The position numbers were made by a program, and so were the translations under genes. The notes under the pieces are model-generated. The model saw only the letters and a program-made list of their open reading frames with translations. It was not told the origin of the DNA and did not search any database. A stretch of 64,000 nt of DNA from Cyanophora paradoxa CCMP329 (taxonomy: Eukaryota > Plantae > Glaucophyta), in contig QPMI01000605.1 in NCBI GenBank assembly GCA_004431415.1, positions 1 to 64,000 of the forward strand, written 5' to 3'. Each line of letters begins with the position of its first letter. The first letter of the stretch is position 1. Positions 14,435-24,447 of this stretch are shown in pieces.

Positions 14435-15139
14435 ATGGATTGCCCTATTTGCTTTAATAAAATGAAAAGTCATCGTATGACTCAATTAGAATGCGGTCAT
14501 AACTTCTGTAAAAAGTGTTTCGATGATTGGTATAAAGCAAGTGTTAAACAAATCTCTGTTTTTCCAGCGTGTAAAGGAAAACCATTCTGTGAGTCGGATA
14601 ATTTATTTGCACTTAATCTGAGTCTATCTAAAACATGGATAAGTTGCCCAATCTGTAAGCAAGATTACACATATGTGAATTGGGAAGCATCACATGGAAA
14701 TTCTAAAACGCCTAAATTGGAAAAGGTTATATGCAAAATTTGGTTTTCTGTAAATGGATGTTCAAGTGTAGACGCATGCGATCTTATCACAGACTTTAAA
14801 CCACAACTTCTAAATTACATTCCTTTATTAGACCGGAAACCATTAGAACTCGGAGAACAACCGAAATATCCACACACTTTAAGAACGATTAAGTATGTGA
14901 TGGAATGCATTGAAAACAATGAGACCGAATTTCACATGTGTAACTGTATGTGTAGTGATAAGAAATGTGCGAAGGTAAACATTATCTCAGCTAAAACATG
15001 TGATTGTTTAAATCATTCATCTCCAAGTGACTTTGAAAATTGGCTTAAAACATTTGATCCAGAGTCTGATGATTGGTTAGAGAGAATGAAATTTTACAAT
15101 CGTGCAAAATTCCGTATTCTCTCAAAACATGGTATTTAA
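14435..15139 (+). CDS. RING-finger (C3HC4) protein, putative E3 ubiquitin ligase
   Basis: CPIC...LECGHNFCKKC...CPIC pattern; AAAAAATGA motif upstream. Confidence 0.75.
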   Translation: MDCPICFNKMKSHRMTQLECGHNFCKKCFDDWYKASVKQISVFPACKGKPFCESDNLFALNLSLSKTWISCPICKQDYTYVNWEASHGNSKTPKLEKVICKIWFSVNGCSSVDACDLITDFKPQLLNYIPLLDRKPLELGEQPKYPHTLRTIKYVMECIENNETEFHMCNCMCSDKKCAKVNIISAKTCDCLNHSSPSDFENWLKTFDPESDDWLERMKFYNRAKFRILSKHGI

Positions 15140-15195
15140 ATGAAATGTTCAACGGGACAAAAAATGATGTCCCAAAAAAATAACAATTAAAAACA

Positions 15196-15609
15196 ATGGA
15201 TTACTACGGAGTTTACATGTTGGATATTGAAAATCCGGAATTACATAAAGATCTTCTCGAAAACAACGGGGCTGAATGGGATCCGGACACAAAATTATGG
15301 TTTGTCGAAGACGAAAATAACGAACTTTTAAAACAATTCCGTGTAAAACATCCGGGTGAATTCGACCAAGATTACGTTAAACAATTCCCCCGCCAGTATT
15401 TCGTGGCTGATATCAAAGCAAGACTACCGGAGATTGCGGCAAAGCGTATATTTACTCAGTCATCATTACGCAAATATATTAAAAAACAAGGCGCTACATA
15501 CGATCCTCAGTATCGTTTATGGTATGTTACTGATCCTGAAAGTGAGATATGCAAGATCTTTAAGATGTTCACACTCGAACAGGTAGAAGATCTGAGAAGA
15601 CCAAATTAA
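15196..15609 (+). CDS. Protein with two DUF5710-like repeats
   Basis: GAEWDPDTKLWFV and GATYDPQYRLWYV motifs. Confidence 0.65.
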   Translation: MDYYGVYMLDIENPELHKDLLENNGAEWDPDTKLWFVEDENNELLKQFRVKHPGEFDQDYVKQFPRQYFVADIKARLPEIAAKRIFTQSSLRKYIKKQGATYDPQYRLWYVTDPESEICKIFKMFTLEQVEDLRRPN

Positions 15610-15743
15610 ACCGTAATCGTCGTTGGTTCATTACTAATTCTTATCGATTCTCTCTTTTTTATCGCTCGTTTCTTAACAAACTTGCGGAACGCTTTTAGGT
15701 CATCATCTGTTATAATTGCACGGTCTGTGTATACTTTGATGTC
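15606..15743 (-). pseudogene. Captured 3' fragment of a PLV-B-type packaging ATPase
   Basis: Reads DIKVYTDRAIITDDDLKAFRKFVKKRAIKKRESIRISNEPTTITV*, nearly identical to the C-terminus of the ATPase at 48306-49073. Confidence 0.85.
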
Positions 15744-15821
15744 CGTAAAAACTCGGGAGATTGACCTTAATAAAAAATAAAAATGAAAATTTTCACTCCT
15801 TTTTCTAGCGCCGGCCCCAAC

Positions 15822-15956
15822 TTATACTTTATCGTATGTCAGTGTTAATGGGTTATCAATACCCGATACGAACCATAGCTTATGATCAGGATCCCACTTG
15901 GCTCCACCCTTCTTAGCCTTCTCGCGATCCTCGAACGGAATTTTCAAATAAATTTT
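15822..15956 (-). pseudogene. DUF5710-like fragment
   Basis: KIYLKIPFEDREKAKKGGAKWDPDHKLWFVSG; no in-frame start codon. Confidence 0.6.
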
Positions 15957-16149
15957 TTATTTTTGCGCATTAATTCCGAAACAGCCACGGTACTATAGGT
16001 AGATAGAAGCTTATGTTCCGGCTCAGTTACATACCAGCATTTATGCTTCATATCCCATTTAGCCCCAAGGGCTTTAGCTTCATCTTTTTGTTCAAAAGGG
16101 ACCTCAATATAGATTTTCTCCATTTCCTACTATACGAATATATAAAATT

Positions 16150-17516
16150 TTACCTGGTTCGGATCCTAGTACTAGCCCTTATAGCTGGAGCCTTATCATA
16201 GGATGCTACAGCCTCTGCCCCACCGGCTAATTTCTCGGTTCCGGCTACTCTTAGATTCGCTAGCTCCCTTGAAACCCTCTTCGTTCTCTGGACCCTATCC
16301 TCGATCAAGCTGCCTTTTGGCACTGATTCCGCCGGATCTATGCCCTCTCTGTGGATCTGTCTAATTGCTGCGGCCTCCTGCCTCACTGTATCCACTGTAC
16401 TTGCGGAAGGCTCAACGATTGCTTCAACTTCCGATATGATCTGCAGCTCATGAGGCTTGAAGATTCGATTCAAAGGAACACCCTGGGCATCTACGACCTG
16501 GATTCCATTCCCGGCCCTTCCTGCGATCTTGTAGACCTCTCGACTGTATCTCTGAGTGGCCCCCTTGTCAAACTTAGATCTAGGCAGCAAGACTCGAACA
16601 AACAGGCCGGGCTTGAATTTCTCGAATATATCATCAACAATTGCTTTCTTTTTCGATAAAATGAAACTGCGAATGCGAGCCATATCCTCTAACCTAACAT
16701 CTATTGGTCGCATACCTATAGTCCTATTAACACTGGAATTATAATTCAGAACAAAGTCCTCTAGCTTATCCATAAACTTGACTGTGTTGAAAGCGATGCA
16801 GTAGTTATTGATCATCGTTTTGAGGGTCAAATGGAATCGATTCATGATGCCTAAACTCGTGTGATCCCCAGCCTGTTTAAACCTATGCTCGATTCCAAAC
16901 TCCTGGATCACTGCCTGGAACTCTTTCGCTTTAAACTCGGAACCCAAATCAGTCTCTAACACCCTCATTGGAGCGGGAAGCTCACCCAATACCTCTCTAA
17001 ATGCAGTCGCAACACTGACTCCCTCTTTATTCTTTAATTTCTTAGCGTAAGCCCTCCTGCTCGTGATCTCAATAAGAGTGAGTACCGCAATGTACCCCGC
17101 ATTGTACTTTCCGTAAGATAAATAGAATATCAGATCGGCCTGGTAGGTCCAGGGTGGAGCTGTGATTGGAATGAATGTGGACTGCGATGCTGGGGTGGCT
17201 TCTTGTTAATCTGCATAAACTCTTGCTTTTCTGCAACCTCTTTGACCTCGTTATAAGTAACACTCGGATCCTCTTTCTTCAGCTCCTGATAGATCGTATG
17301 GGGATGCTTGTAACCTGTTTTAGGATCGTACATTCGCCTAACTATTTTATTCGAAGCCGGACTCACGGTTTTAAAAGGGACATCCCCTACTACATTTACC
17401 TTTGCTTCTCTTTTACTAATTCTGCCTTCTACTCTCTCTGTATCTGGGATCGGAATGGGGAGCAGGGTCGTTTCGGTCTCATCCCCAGCCCCTCGCCTCA
17501 CTATTTTCGATGCCAT
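16150..17516 (-). CDS. rve (retroviral-type) integrase, one frameshift near 17192
   Basis: WTYQADL, ETDLGSEF, GIMNRFHLTLK, YNSSVNRTIGMRP and FKPGLFVRV motifs. ORFs 17130-17531 and 16150-16989 join if one base is added in a C run. Confidence 0.88.
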
Positions 17517-17534
17517 CCTATAACTATACAAATT

Positions 17535-20500
17535 CTATTTTTTGCTGCTGTTGCATCCTTGATGAGCCAGCTTGCAGTTCGACTTGATGTGAGCCTCCTT
17601 ATTATTAATCCTATCAACCGTAAGCCTGTACCTTAGATCCTTTGCCTGAAGGGAAAGGGGTTCGGTACACAGAGAGCAGATTCGCTTCTGCTCCTTGAGC
17701 TGCTCAATGATCCACTCGGGTGTAATATAATCATCATCATTATAATCCCGACCCGCTTTCTGATCCTGGCACTTGTAAGCCCGAACCTTGGCCTTCAGAT
17801 GCTCGAAGATCTCGGATTTAGCCTCGAACTTGTGGAGCTTTGTGTAAATGAGAATCTCGCTCAAATCTCGGTTGCGAGTCAGAGCAGTCCAGAACCACTC
17901 AGGAGTAACATGGCAGAACGAGGCCTCACAAACGACAATGCCCGAATCGTAGGTGAGTCCTTGAACACTGTGGCATGTTCCAGCATAGGGTAGGTTGAAC
18001 TTTTCCAACAGAGCAGTGGGGAGAGAGAACTGGGTCCCATCAAACACATCCTCCAAAGTGACCTGGTTCCGATTGATATCGACTATGGTATAACTGTAAT
18101 TAGTGAAAGCCGCTACTTTCTCATCTTTTTTACCTCGGGTCACACAGATATATTCACGACAAACGATTTCGATTCCTTTGAAAAAATTGATTCCGTTCAC
18201 AAGGATCCCCTCGGTTTGGGGGTATATACGTTTATGCATGGTTCGGTTGTACAGGTAAGCCATCTCGTTTCTATAGCATACAGCCCTGTAGGAATCAGGA
18301 ATTTCGTTTAGATCAGTTGCAGTTCTGAATCCGTATTTATTTACTATTTCTGTAGGAGCAAGTCCGTTCTCAAAGAGATCGACCTTGATTGTTTTCAGCT
18401 TCTCTCGATCCTCAGGCTTGCGATGCCTCTTGTTGATCATCAGCTGCAGTATGTTGGGGAAGATGCTTGAGATAGCATCGCTGTAATATTGTTTGGGGTC
18501 AGCCACAGCAAGAGCATCTTTTATGGGAGCGTTTTGGTGGGGGTCTCCATTGCAGTAGAATTTCTTATCCGAATACTTGTTTATGAATTTTTTGATCTTT
18601 GCAAGGTCCTTTACTTTATAGGCATAGACCTCATCGAATACTACATGGGAAAAGCCTTTCATAAACTCATTGACCTGTGAAGCCGATAGGGCCTCTTCAC
18701 AGGTTTGCTCATTTAAGACTCGCAGACCCAGAACACTGTACAGGGTGGCCACCCCAATGCGGCTTGCAGCTTCGGGCTTCCCCAATCTGATGCCCATTTC
18801 TTTCAGAGAGCATCGGAACTCGGCCGCTTGTTTGTTGTAGGGGCAAACTATGAGTCCGTTGATGTCATTTTTTAGCAGGTAGACCATCAATCCGGTCGAC
18901 TTTCCGGCTCCTGGAAGCATTCCAAGGGTATTGACGTGATTGAACTCATTGTAAACCTTGGTATAAGCATCCGAATCAAATTCGTTTCGAAGGCAGAAGG
19001 AATTGATATTCGAAAGGGGATCCTCAATTTTAATAGGCTTCGGGAGGGTTCGAATGCGAATGGGGTTCATTGGGGGCTTCTTGTTCGGAATATAGGAGAA
19101 GCGACCAATGTTAGCAAAGGCATTGCGATCGAAGGGCTTTGAGCTATACCTTCCTTTGATATACAGGCAATCAGTGTGGATTCCCACGACCTCGTAACCC
19201 TTGCTTTTGAGTTCCTTGTACTTGTCATACATTTCGCTGCGAACTCGATCGTACATTGCAAACTGGATCGGAAGGAACCCGTTAATGAGATCCTTTTGAG
19301 AATCAGTTATCACATAATAGATGTGGTCATTGAAATCCGAGAGGTTCTTGACCAGAGTATCAGTTTTCGCACCAAAGGTGAATACTTCCACCATTCCGCC
19401 CACCTGCTGGGCATAGGTATCAGCCTCGGACTTTTTGCAGAACAACCTGGTCTTGGATCGCTTGTTGAGTCGCTTTCCTAGCAGACCAATCACTTCAACG
19501 AGAGTAGCCTTTTTCTCACGAGGATTCAGGTCGCTTGACATTATTTTCTGGATCAGCCTTTTTGAGGGGTTGCTTACGAAAAATGATGGGCGGTTGTAGC
19601 CTGTAATTGTCACGAGATCCTTGATGTCCTCCCAGTGACGCTTCAGAGTGTAACCTGTGATCAAGTTCGAGTAGGATGCAGCCCTGTAACGATCGAGCAG
19701 GATCTGAATTCCTGGATCGCAGATGCGGGATTTGTATCCTACTGGCTCATCATCAATATCCTCTTCGTATGTATCCACCCCTTGCATGTAGGTTCCAGTA
19801 TCGAACTGTTGCACAGCAATCACATAGAATGTGTCCTCCTCGATTGGGTGACCATCATAGGGGCGGATGCCATCGAAAATATTGAATACTGGAAGCTTTT
19901 CGATCTTGCTTATAACAGCTGGGTAGCATTTGCACATATCCACTGCAGTGTACTTTGTTCCTGGCTTTGGCTTGATGAAATAGCCATTCAGAGCAGAGCG
20001 ATTGTAATTAACAAGGGCAGTTCGGAATCCCTCCTCGTACTGTGAAATTGTGTCAGTGTTAATCAGGGCTTCCTTGAATTCTTGACGAATAGATTGGACC
20101 TTTTTGTAGTAAGCCTCAGTCTCGAACTCACACTGAACCATGTGATCAGAAACGGAGGGATTAAATACGGAAAAGAATATTCCACTCGCTTTGAATATTA
20201 GGGTTTTAATCTGTCCCCCTTTCATTCCGAGCTTTGGTTCGTATTGTAGGCGATCCAAGAAAGTGAACAGAAGCTCATCCATGGACCCAGTGTAGACGAT
20301 TCGGACTGTAGCTTTCTCCTTATCAGCTTTCAATCCCATGGTCGCAATCTTAAGCAAATCAGCAGGGGTGTGGGCGAACATATCGTACTGCTTGGTCTCA
20401 GTGATCTGGTAGGATGAGTTCAGCGAAGCCTCGGTTGGATTTTCGGTTTCCAGGTCCATTTTCTTGAAATTCTTCTCGAGAGCTTTGATGTTATCGTTGT

Positions 20501-21686
20501 AGCAGTAAACGTGGTTATTGTGTACCATGAAATTCATGCATTGCGGATGCAGATCCTTATTAACGGGCATCTCTCCATGTGGGTATCTGTACTTGAGCTT
20601 GTTATCCTCCGAATAAACACGGAATCCCAGCCTGCAACGATCCGCGAATTTTCGGAGCTGCCTCAGAGTGAGGGACATAGAGGCTCCCTCAGTATATTCC
20701 TTTCCATGGAAAAATCGATACAGACCCTCATAGGTCATCTCAATGTCAGTGTACTTCTTGTACCTCCCCCTTTCATGACAGGCTTTCATGGATCGAGAGT
20801 ACAATGAGATCAGCATATCGTAGACACAGGCATTCGATTTTCCAGAAGCAGGCTTGATGATTAATTCCTCGATCGATTTCGCCTCGGGATTGAGATCGTA
20901 GTTAATGTACTGGCTCACAGCTGCGGTACATCGCATCGATTCTTCGAGTTCTTCATCGAGAAACTCTTCTTGAACGGCTTCCTGGGCTTCCTCTTCCGCT
21001 TGAGCCTCCACCAAAACGATTTCGTGAATTTCCGCAAAATAATCGTACCAATGCTGAATTTCGCTTGCAAGTCGATCAGCCCTAAATACGGTCTCAACTA
21101 CATACAGGAAATCAGCGACCATATAGTGTCTCTGGTTTAGCACAAACCTCGTAACGAAACCATCTTGGGCTATTTGTCGCAGCATCCTTACTGGAATTGT
21201 GATTGAAGCCCTTTTCAGGGGTCGGTACATGCGACCTTCGAAGCGGAGTGGCTGATCCCTTGCACGACCAGTGGGTTCAGCATTAATCTCAGCCCAGAGT
21301 CTGAAAGTGACCCGGACAATAGCATCGTCGGGAAACTGGGCAATCTGCCGGAAAAATTGAGTTAGCTGCCTGTTCTCTCGGGGTCTCGTAGGTTCAGCCT
21401 CAATGGCTCCGATGCGACCGACCTCTCGATCAAATAAAGCCTGGCGAACCCCAAGCAGCGATTGCAGGGTATATCCCCTTGCAGGCCGTTCGATATCGAA
21501 TATTGACTGGATGTTTTTCAAATACAGCTCCAGCATGGTTTCGGGAACCTTGGATGTTCCCGAGAATTTGCGCAATAATGCATCAGCGGTTCTCTTGGTG
21601 AACAGGTTCCGCTGGATACCAAGGTTAATCAATTCAATCGCTTTTGCTTTCAAGCCTTTTCTTCTCTTGTAACTTGCGCGAGGCAT
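17535..21686 (-). CDS. Replicase: divergent family-B DNA polymerase + SF1 helicase + C-terminal HNH-like domain (1383 aa)
   Basis: PolB-like AVDMCKCYP, KKATLVEVIGLLGK and IHTDCLY; helicase GMLPGAGKST, FDEV, GDPHQ, TCHSVQG and WTALTR; C-terminal CSLC...TVDRINNKEAH..SNC..AHQGCN. Confidence 0.85.
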   Translation of the reverse strand: MPRASYKRRKGLKAKAIELINLGIQRNLFTKRTADALLRKFSGTSKVPETMLELYLKNIQSIFDIERPARGYTLQSLLGVRQALFDREVGRIGAIEAEPTRPRENRQLTQFFRQIAQFPDDAIVRVTFRLWAEINAEPTGRARDQPLRFEGRMYRPLKRASITIPVRMLRQIAQDGFVTRFVLNQRHYMVADFLYVVETVFRADRLASEIQHWYDYFAEIHEIVLVEAQAEEEAQEAVQEEFLDEELEESMRCTAAVSQYINYDLNPEAKSIEELIIKPASGKSNACVYDMLISLYSRSMKACHERGRYKKYTDIEMTYEGLYRFFHGKEYTEGASMSLTLRQLRKFADRCRLGFRVYSEDNKLKYRYPHGEMPVNKDLHPQCMNFMVHNNHVYCYNDNIKALEKNFKKMDLETENPTEASLNSSYQITETKQYDMFAHTPADLLKIATMGLKADKEKATVRIVYTGSMDELLFTFLDRLQYEPKLGMKGGQIKTLIFKASGIFFSVFNPSVSDHMVQCEFETEAYYKKVQSIRQEFKEALINTDTISQYEEGFRTALVNYNRSALNGYFIKPKPGTKYTAVDMCKCYPAVISKIEKLPVFNIFDGIRPYDGHPIEEDTFYVIAVQQFDTGTYMQGVDTYEEDIDDEPVGYKSRICDPGIQILLDRYRAASYSNLITGYTLKRHWEDIKDLVTITGYNRPSFFVSNPSKRLIQKIMSSDLNPREKKATLVEVIGLLGKRLNKRSKTRLFCKKSEADTYAQQVGGMVEVFTFGAKTDTLVKNLSDFNDHIYYVITDSQKDLINGFLPIQFAMYDRVRSEMYDKYKELKSKGYEVVGIHTDCLYIKGRYSSKPFDRNAFANIGRFSYIPNKKPPMNPIRIRTLPKPIKIEDPLSNINSFCLRNEFDSDAYTKVYNEFNHVNTLGMLPGAGKSTGLMVYLLKNDINGLIVCPYNKQAAEFRCSLKEMGIRLGKPEAASRIGVATLYSVLGLRVLNEQTCEEALSASQVNEFMKGFSHVVFDEVYAYKVKDLAKIKKFINKYSDKKFYCNGDPHQNAPIKDALAVADPKQYYSDAISSIFPNILQLMINKRHRKPEDREKLKTIKVDLFENGLAPTEIVNKYGFRTATDLNEIPDSYRAVCYRNEMAYLYNRTMHKRIYPQTEGILVNGINFFKGIEIVCREYICVTRGKKDEKVAAFTNYSYTIVDINRNQVTLEDVFDGTQFSLPTALLEKFNLPYAGTCHSVQGLTYDSGIVVCEASFCHVTPEWFWTALTRNRDLSEILIYTKLHKFEAKSEIFEHLKAKVRAYKCQDQKAGRDYNDDDYITPEWIIEQLKEQKRICSLCTEPLSLQAKDLRYRLTVDRINNKEAHIKSNCKLAHQGCNSSKK

Positions 21687-21868
21687 TGTTTACTTTAAGC
21701 CAAGAAAATAAATTCCGCAAGAAGAAGAAAAACTCTTTTTTCTCTAAGTTATATAAGTGGATTTTCCTTAAGTCATTTTTTGTTGACCACAGCGATAAAA
21801 TCATTTTTTCTTTTTCGATAGAAAAGCATGCATAAAAATAATATATACAGAGCTGCAAACCTCAGCAT

Positions 21869-22261
21869 TCATTGTGTCTCCTTGTTATACTTGCGGGGTC
21901 TACCGGGTTTAGGGGGATTTTGGGATGTCTCTGCCTTTTGTTCCTCAGCAATAGCAGCGAGTTTTTCGGCGTATTTCCTATGATAGTATGCAAGCGATGA
22001 TGCCTTCTTCTTTTCTCTGAACTCGGCATCATTCTGGTATTTCTCCTGTTTTTTATAGCATTGCCTTTCGAGGCATTGCTCCTTTGTTTTCTCATACCTA
22101 GCCTTGCGGACTGCCAGCTGTTTGGCTCGGAATTCGGGATCACTGTGATACCTTTCCCTGTACTTTTCGTTTCTCGCTTTTTTCTGCTCTGGGGACAGTT
22201 TGTATGGAGTTCTCTTTTTAGGCACTTCTGCGATTGCAGGGGTAGTTTCGATATCTGCCAT
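21869..22261 (-). CDS. Basic coiled-coil protein with AT-hook-like motif
   Basis: K/R-rich repeats (YHSDPEFR, YQNDAEFR) and a C-terminal PGRPRKY. Confidence 0.6.
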   Translation of the reverse strand: MADIETTPAIAEVPKKRTPYKLSPEQKKARNEKYRERYHSDPEFRAKQLAVRKARYEKTKEQCLERQCYKKQEKYQNDAEFREKKKASSLAYYHRKYAEKLAAIAEEQKAETSQNPPKPGRPRKYNKETQ

Positions 22262-22345
22262 CTTCCTATTAATAGCCAAGAAAAGTTTTTTCTCTAATTA
22301 AATTAGGGGGTTATCCTTAAATCATTTTTTGTGATGCATCGAGAT

Positions 22346-22633
22346 CTAATACTTCCTTGGTCTTCCTGGACCTTTGCCTAATAAACCTTGCTCAGCTTTC
22401 CTGCGATAATAGGATGCCAGGGCTTGCTGCTTCTTATACTCTCTATATTCTGGGTCCTCTCTATATCGTTTCTGCATTGCTAGAATGTGTCTTATAGCAC
22501 CCTCAGTTAAAGGCTCATCACTTGAAAACTCGATAACACTAATTGTGTCCTCCATTAATATTTGCTGAGAAAATGTTTTCTGCAGGTAAAGAGCTTCTCC
22601 TTGGGTAATCCTGCTGCTCATAGAAATACTCAT
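22346..22633 (-). CDS. Small basic protein with AT-hook-like motif (start uncertain)
   Basis: YREDPEYREYKK...ASYYRRK...GPGRPRKY, paralogous to the C-terminus of the neighbouring gene. Confidence 0.5.
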   Translation of the reverse strand: MSISMSSRITQGEALYLQKTFSQQILMEDTISVIEFSSDEPLTEGAIRHILAMQKRYREDPEYREYKKQQALASYYRRKAEQGLLGKGPGRPRKY

Positions 22634-22811
22634 TTGGGTCTGCTGGCATTGACTCTACAGAAATCGTAGACCTCCTTCTCTCTCTTGCTTCTGAAGCATT
22701 ATCCTCTGTATCTGACATCTCAAACTCTATTGTTGTGTCACAGCATCCACTGTGGCAATTGCTCACCACATGCAGACTGAACATCTCGAAGAACTTTCGT
22801 ATTATGTCCAT
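22539..22811 (-). CDS. Hypothetical protein
   Basis: ORF filling the gap in a co-directional gene block; no motif recognised. Confidence 0.3.
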   Translation of the reverse strand: MDIIRKFFEMFSLHVVSNCHSGCCDTTIEFEMSDTEDNASEARERRRSTISVESMPADPNEYFYEQQDYPRRSSLPAENIFSANINGGHN

Positions 22812-22833
22812 ATCTCTAATAAAACAGAGATAA

Positions 22834-23568
22834 TTAAAGCCAAACTCGTCTTTTATATACTGTTGGGGCAACTCCCTTTTCTACTTCAGCTTTGGTGGCA
22901 CCAGGTTCAATGGTTCCCTTTTGGGTTTTTGTTTTCATTTCATCTACTGCCTGCTCATCGATTTGGTTCTCTTTCTTAGCAATAAACTGTTTATCTGGGA
23001 CACCAGTGATTCCCATTTTATAAACTTCCTTTCGAAGCATCTCCTTTAGCTTGGCTCTCTCTTTCTTCTCAGTAACATACTGCTCCAAGGCACTTGATTT
23101 GGCTTCCAGATCTTTGAGTTTAGCAGTCATCTCATCCCATTGAGCCTTGGGAATTCGATGAATATTTTGAGTGGGAGCAGTCTTGTATGTGACTTCACCA
23201 GCCATAGACTGAATAACCTTGTCTGATTCTTTACTTAGACCTTCACCTTTGCGAGCCAGTGAAAGATCTTGCAAGCCTAAACCTTTGTCATCAGCAGCCC
23301 CAATAATTCGCCTGGCACCCTCAGCAACAGCTTTCATTTTTGAGGCTTCTGGTGAGATGTTGAGTTGGTCACTGGTTGAAGCCTGTGGGGCTTTGTCATC
23401 GACTGATTCCTCATAGGCAGCATTAAGAGGGTCTTCTTCTTGTTGTGAGGGCTTCACCTCATTCATACCATTGAATTTCAGTGGATCTGTGTTAATGGAT
23501 CCATTGTTTCCACCACCTGAATAGCCAACAGCCCCAGCTGGGATCCCTATTTTTCGTTTGGGAGGCAT
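22834..23568 (-). CDS. Hypothetical charged protein (possible core/DNA-binding protein)
   Basis: 244-aa ORF beginning with the NLS-like MPPKRK, directly after the ATPase. Confidence 0.6.
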   Translation of the reverse strand: MPPKRKIGIPAGAVGYSGGGNNGSINTDPLKFNGMNEVKPSQQEEDPLNAAYEESVDDKAPQASTSDQLNISPEASKMKAVAEGARRIIGAADDKGLGLQDLSLARKGEGLSKESDKVIQSMAGEVTYKTAPTQNIHRIPKAQWDEMTAKLKDLEAKSSALEQYVTEKKERAKLKEMLRKEVYKMGITGVPDKQFIAKKENQIDEQAVDEMKTKTQKGTIEPGATKAEVEKGVAPTVYKRRVWL

Positions 23569-23596
23569 TGTATCTTTATTAGAATGAGAGATAATT

Positions 23597-24391
23597 TTAT
23601 AAACCGCGTTTATATCGCATCAATTTATTGCTATGGACTTGGCTTTTCACTTCTTTGGGGGCTTCCTCTTTCTCTGGTGGTTTCAGTTCATCTTCTTTCT
23701 TTTTTGGCTTCCTGTGGAAGCGAGGAAAATCGAAATCTCCAACTAAATCGGCTTTATCGACATAGTAGCCCACATTATACTTGAAAGATGTATAAACAAG
23801 GAACTGGTATGAGTGAACATACTCTTCAAAGAGTTTATAGAAGTCTTCTTTTCGAGGAAAAGTCGAAAACTCCTCTGCAAATGCTTCCAGCTCTTTTTGG
23901 TTGCTTGCACAAACCATAATTACTATATCACTATTGCAGCGAATAACACTTGCGACCTTTCTTAATTTTTGGGAAATAGTTATAATTGATATATTGACAT
24001 GTCTGCCACGAACATAAAGCATTCCCACTGTTTTATCTCGACTGAGATCCAGCTGGTCATTTTCTATCATATCCTCTAAAATCACCAGCATATGGTTAAG
24101 TTCTTCTCCTTTCTCCCTTTTTGCCTCTCTTTCTTTTATAATTTTCGACATGTATTGGGGATCCCATGCACCCAGTTGAACAGTAGCAGCTTTGTCCCAA
24201 AAATGTGAAAATGATGTAGCGGATATAATAAGTGTTGTATCAATCTTTTTGGCATCATGCAGCTGTTTCAAATAATATTTTACAGCTTCTGTTTTTCCGC
24301 ATCCACTTTTTCCGAGTATGAGTAGTCGAAAAGGGGGTTCTATCATTTCACCAGCATTGAATTCCTCCAAATCAGAACTTGGTATAGGCAT
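23597..24391 (-). CDS. A32-like (FtsK-HerA) DNA packaging ATPase
   Basis: Walker A GKSGCGKT, Walker B LVILED, and the RGRHVNISIITISQ motif. Confidence 0.92.
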   Translation of the reverse strand: MPIPSSDLEEFNAGEMIEPPFRLLILGKSGCGKTEAVKYYLKQLHDAKKIDTTLIISATSFSHFWDKAATVQLGAWDPQYMSKIIKEREAKREKGEELNHMLVILEDMIENDQLDLSRDKTVGMLYVRGRHVNISIITISQKLRKVASVIRCNSDIVIMVCASNQKELEAFAEEFSTFPRKEDFYKLFEEYVHSYQFLVYTSFKYNVGYYVDKADLVGDFDFPRFHRKPKKKEDELKPPEKEEAPKEVKSQVHSNKLMRYKRGL

Positions 24392-24447
24392 TGTGTATCT
24401 TTCTATAAAGAAACAGATAAAAATAATGCAAGGTGACTGAATATGGT

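Noticed and set aside
14158-14457. ORFs within the PLV-A TIRs (also 14198-14419, 38392-38748, 38514-38708)
   Set aside because: Mirror-image translations of non-coding TIR sequence with no motifs.
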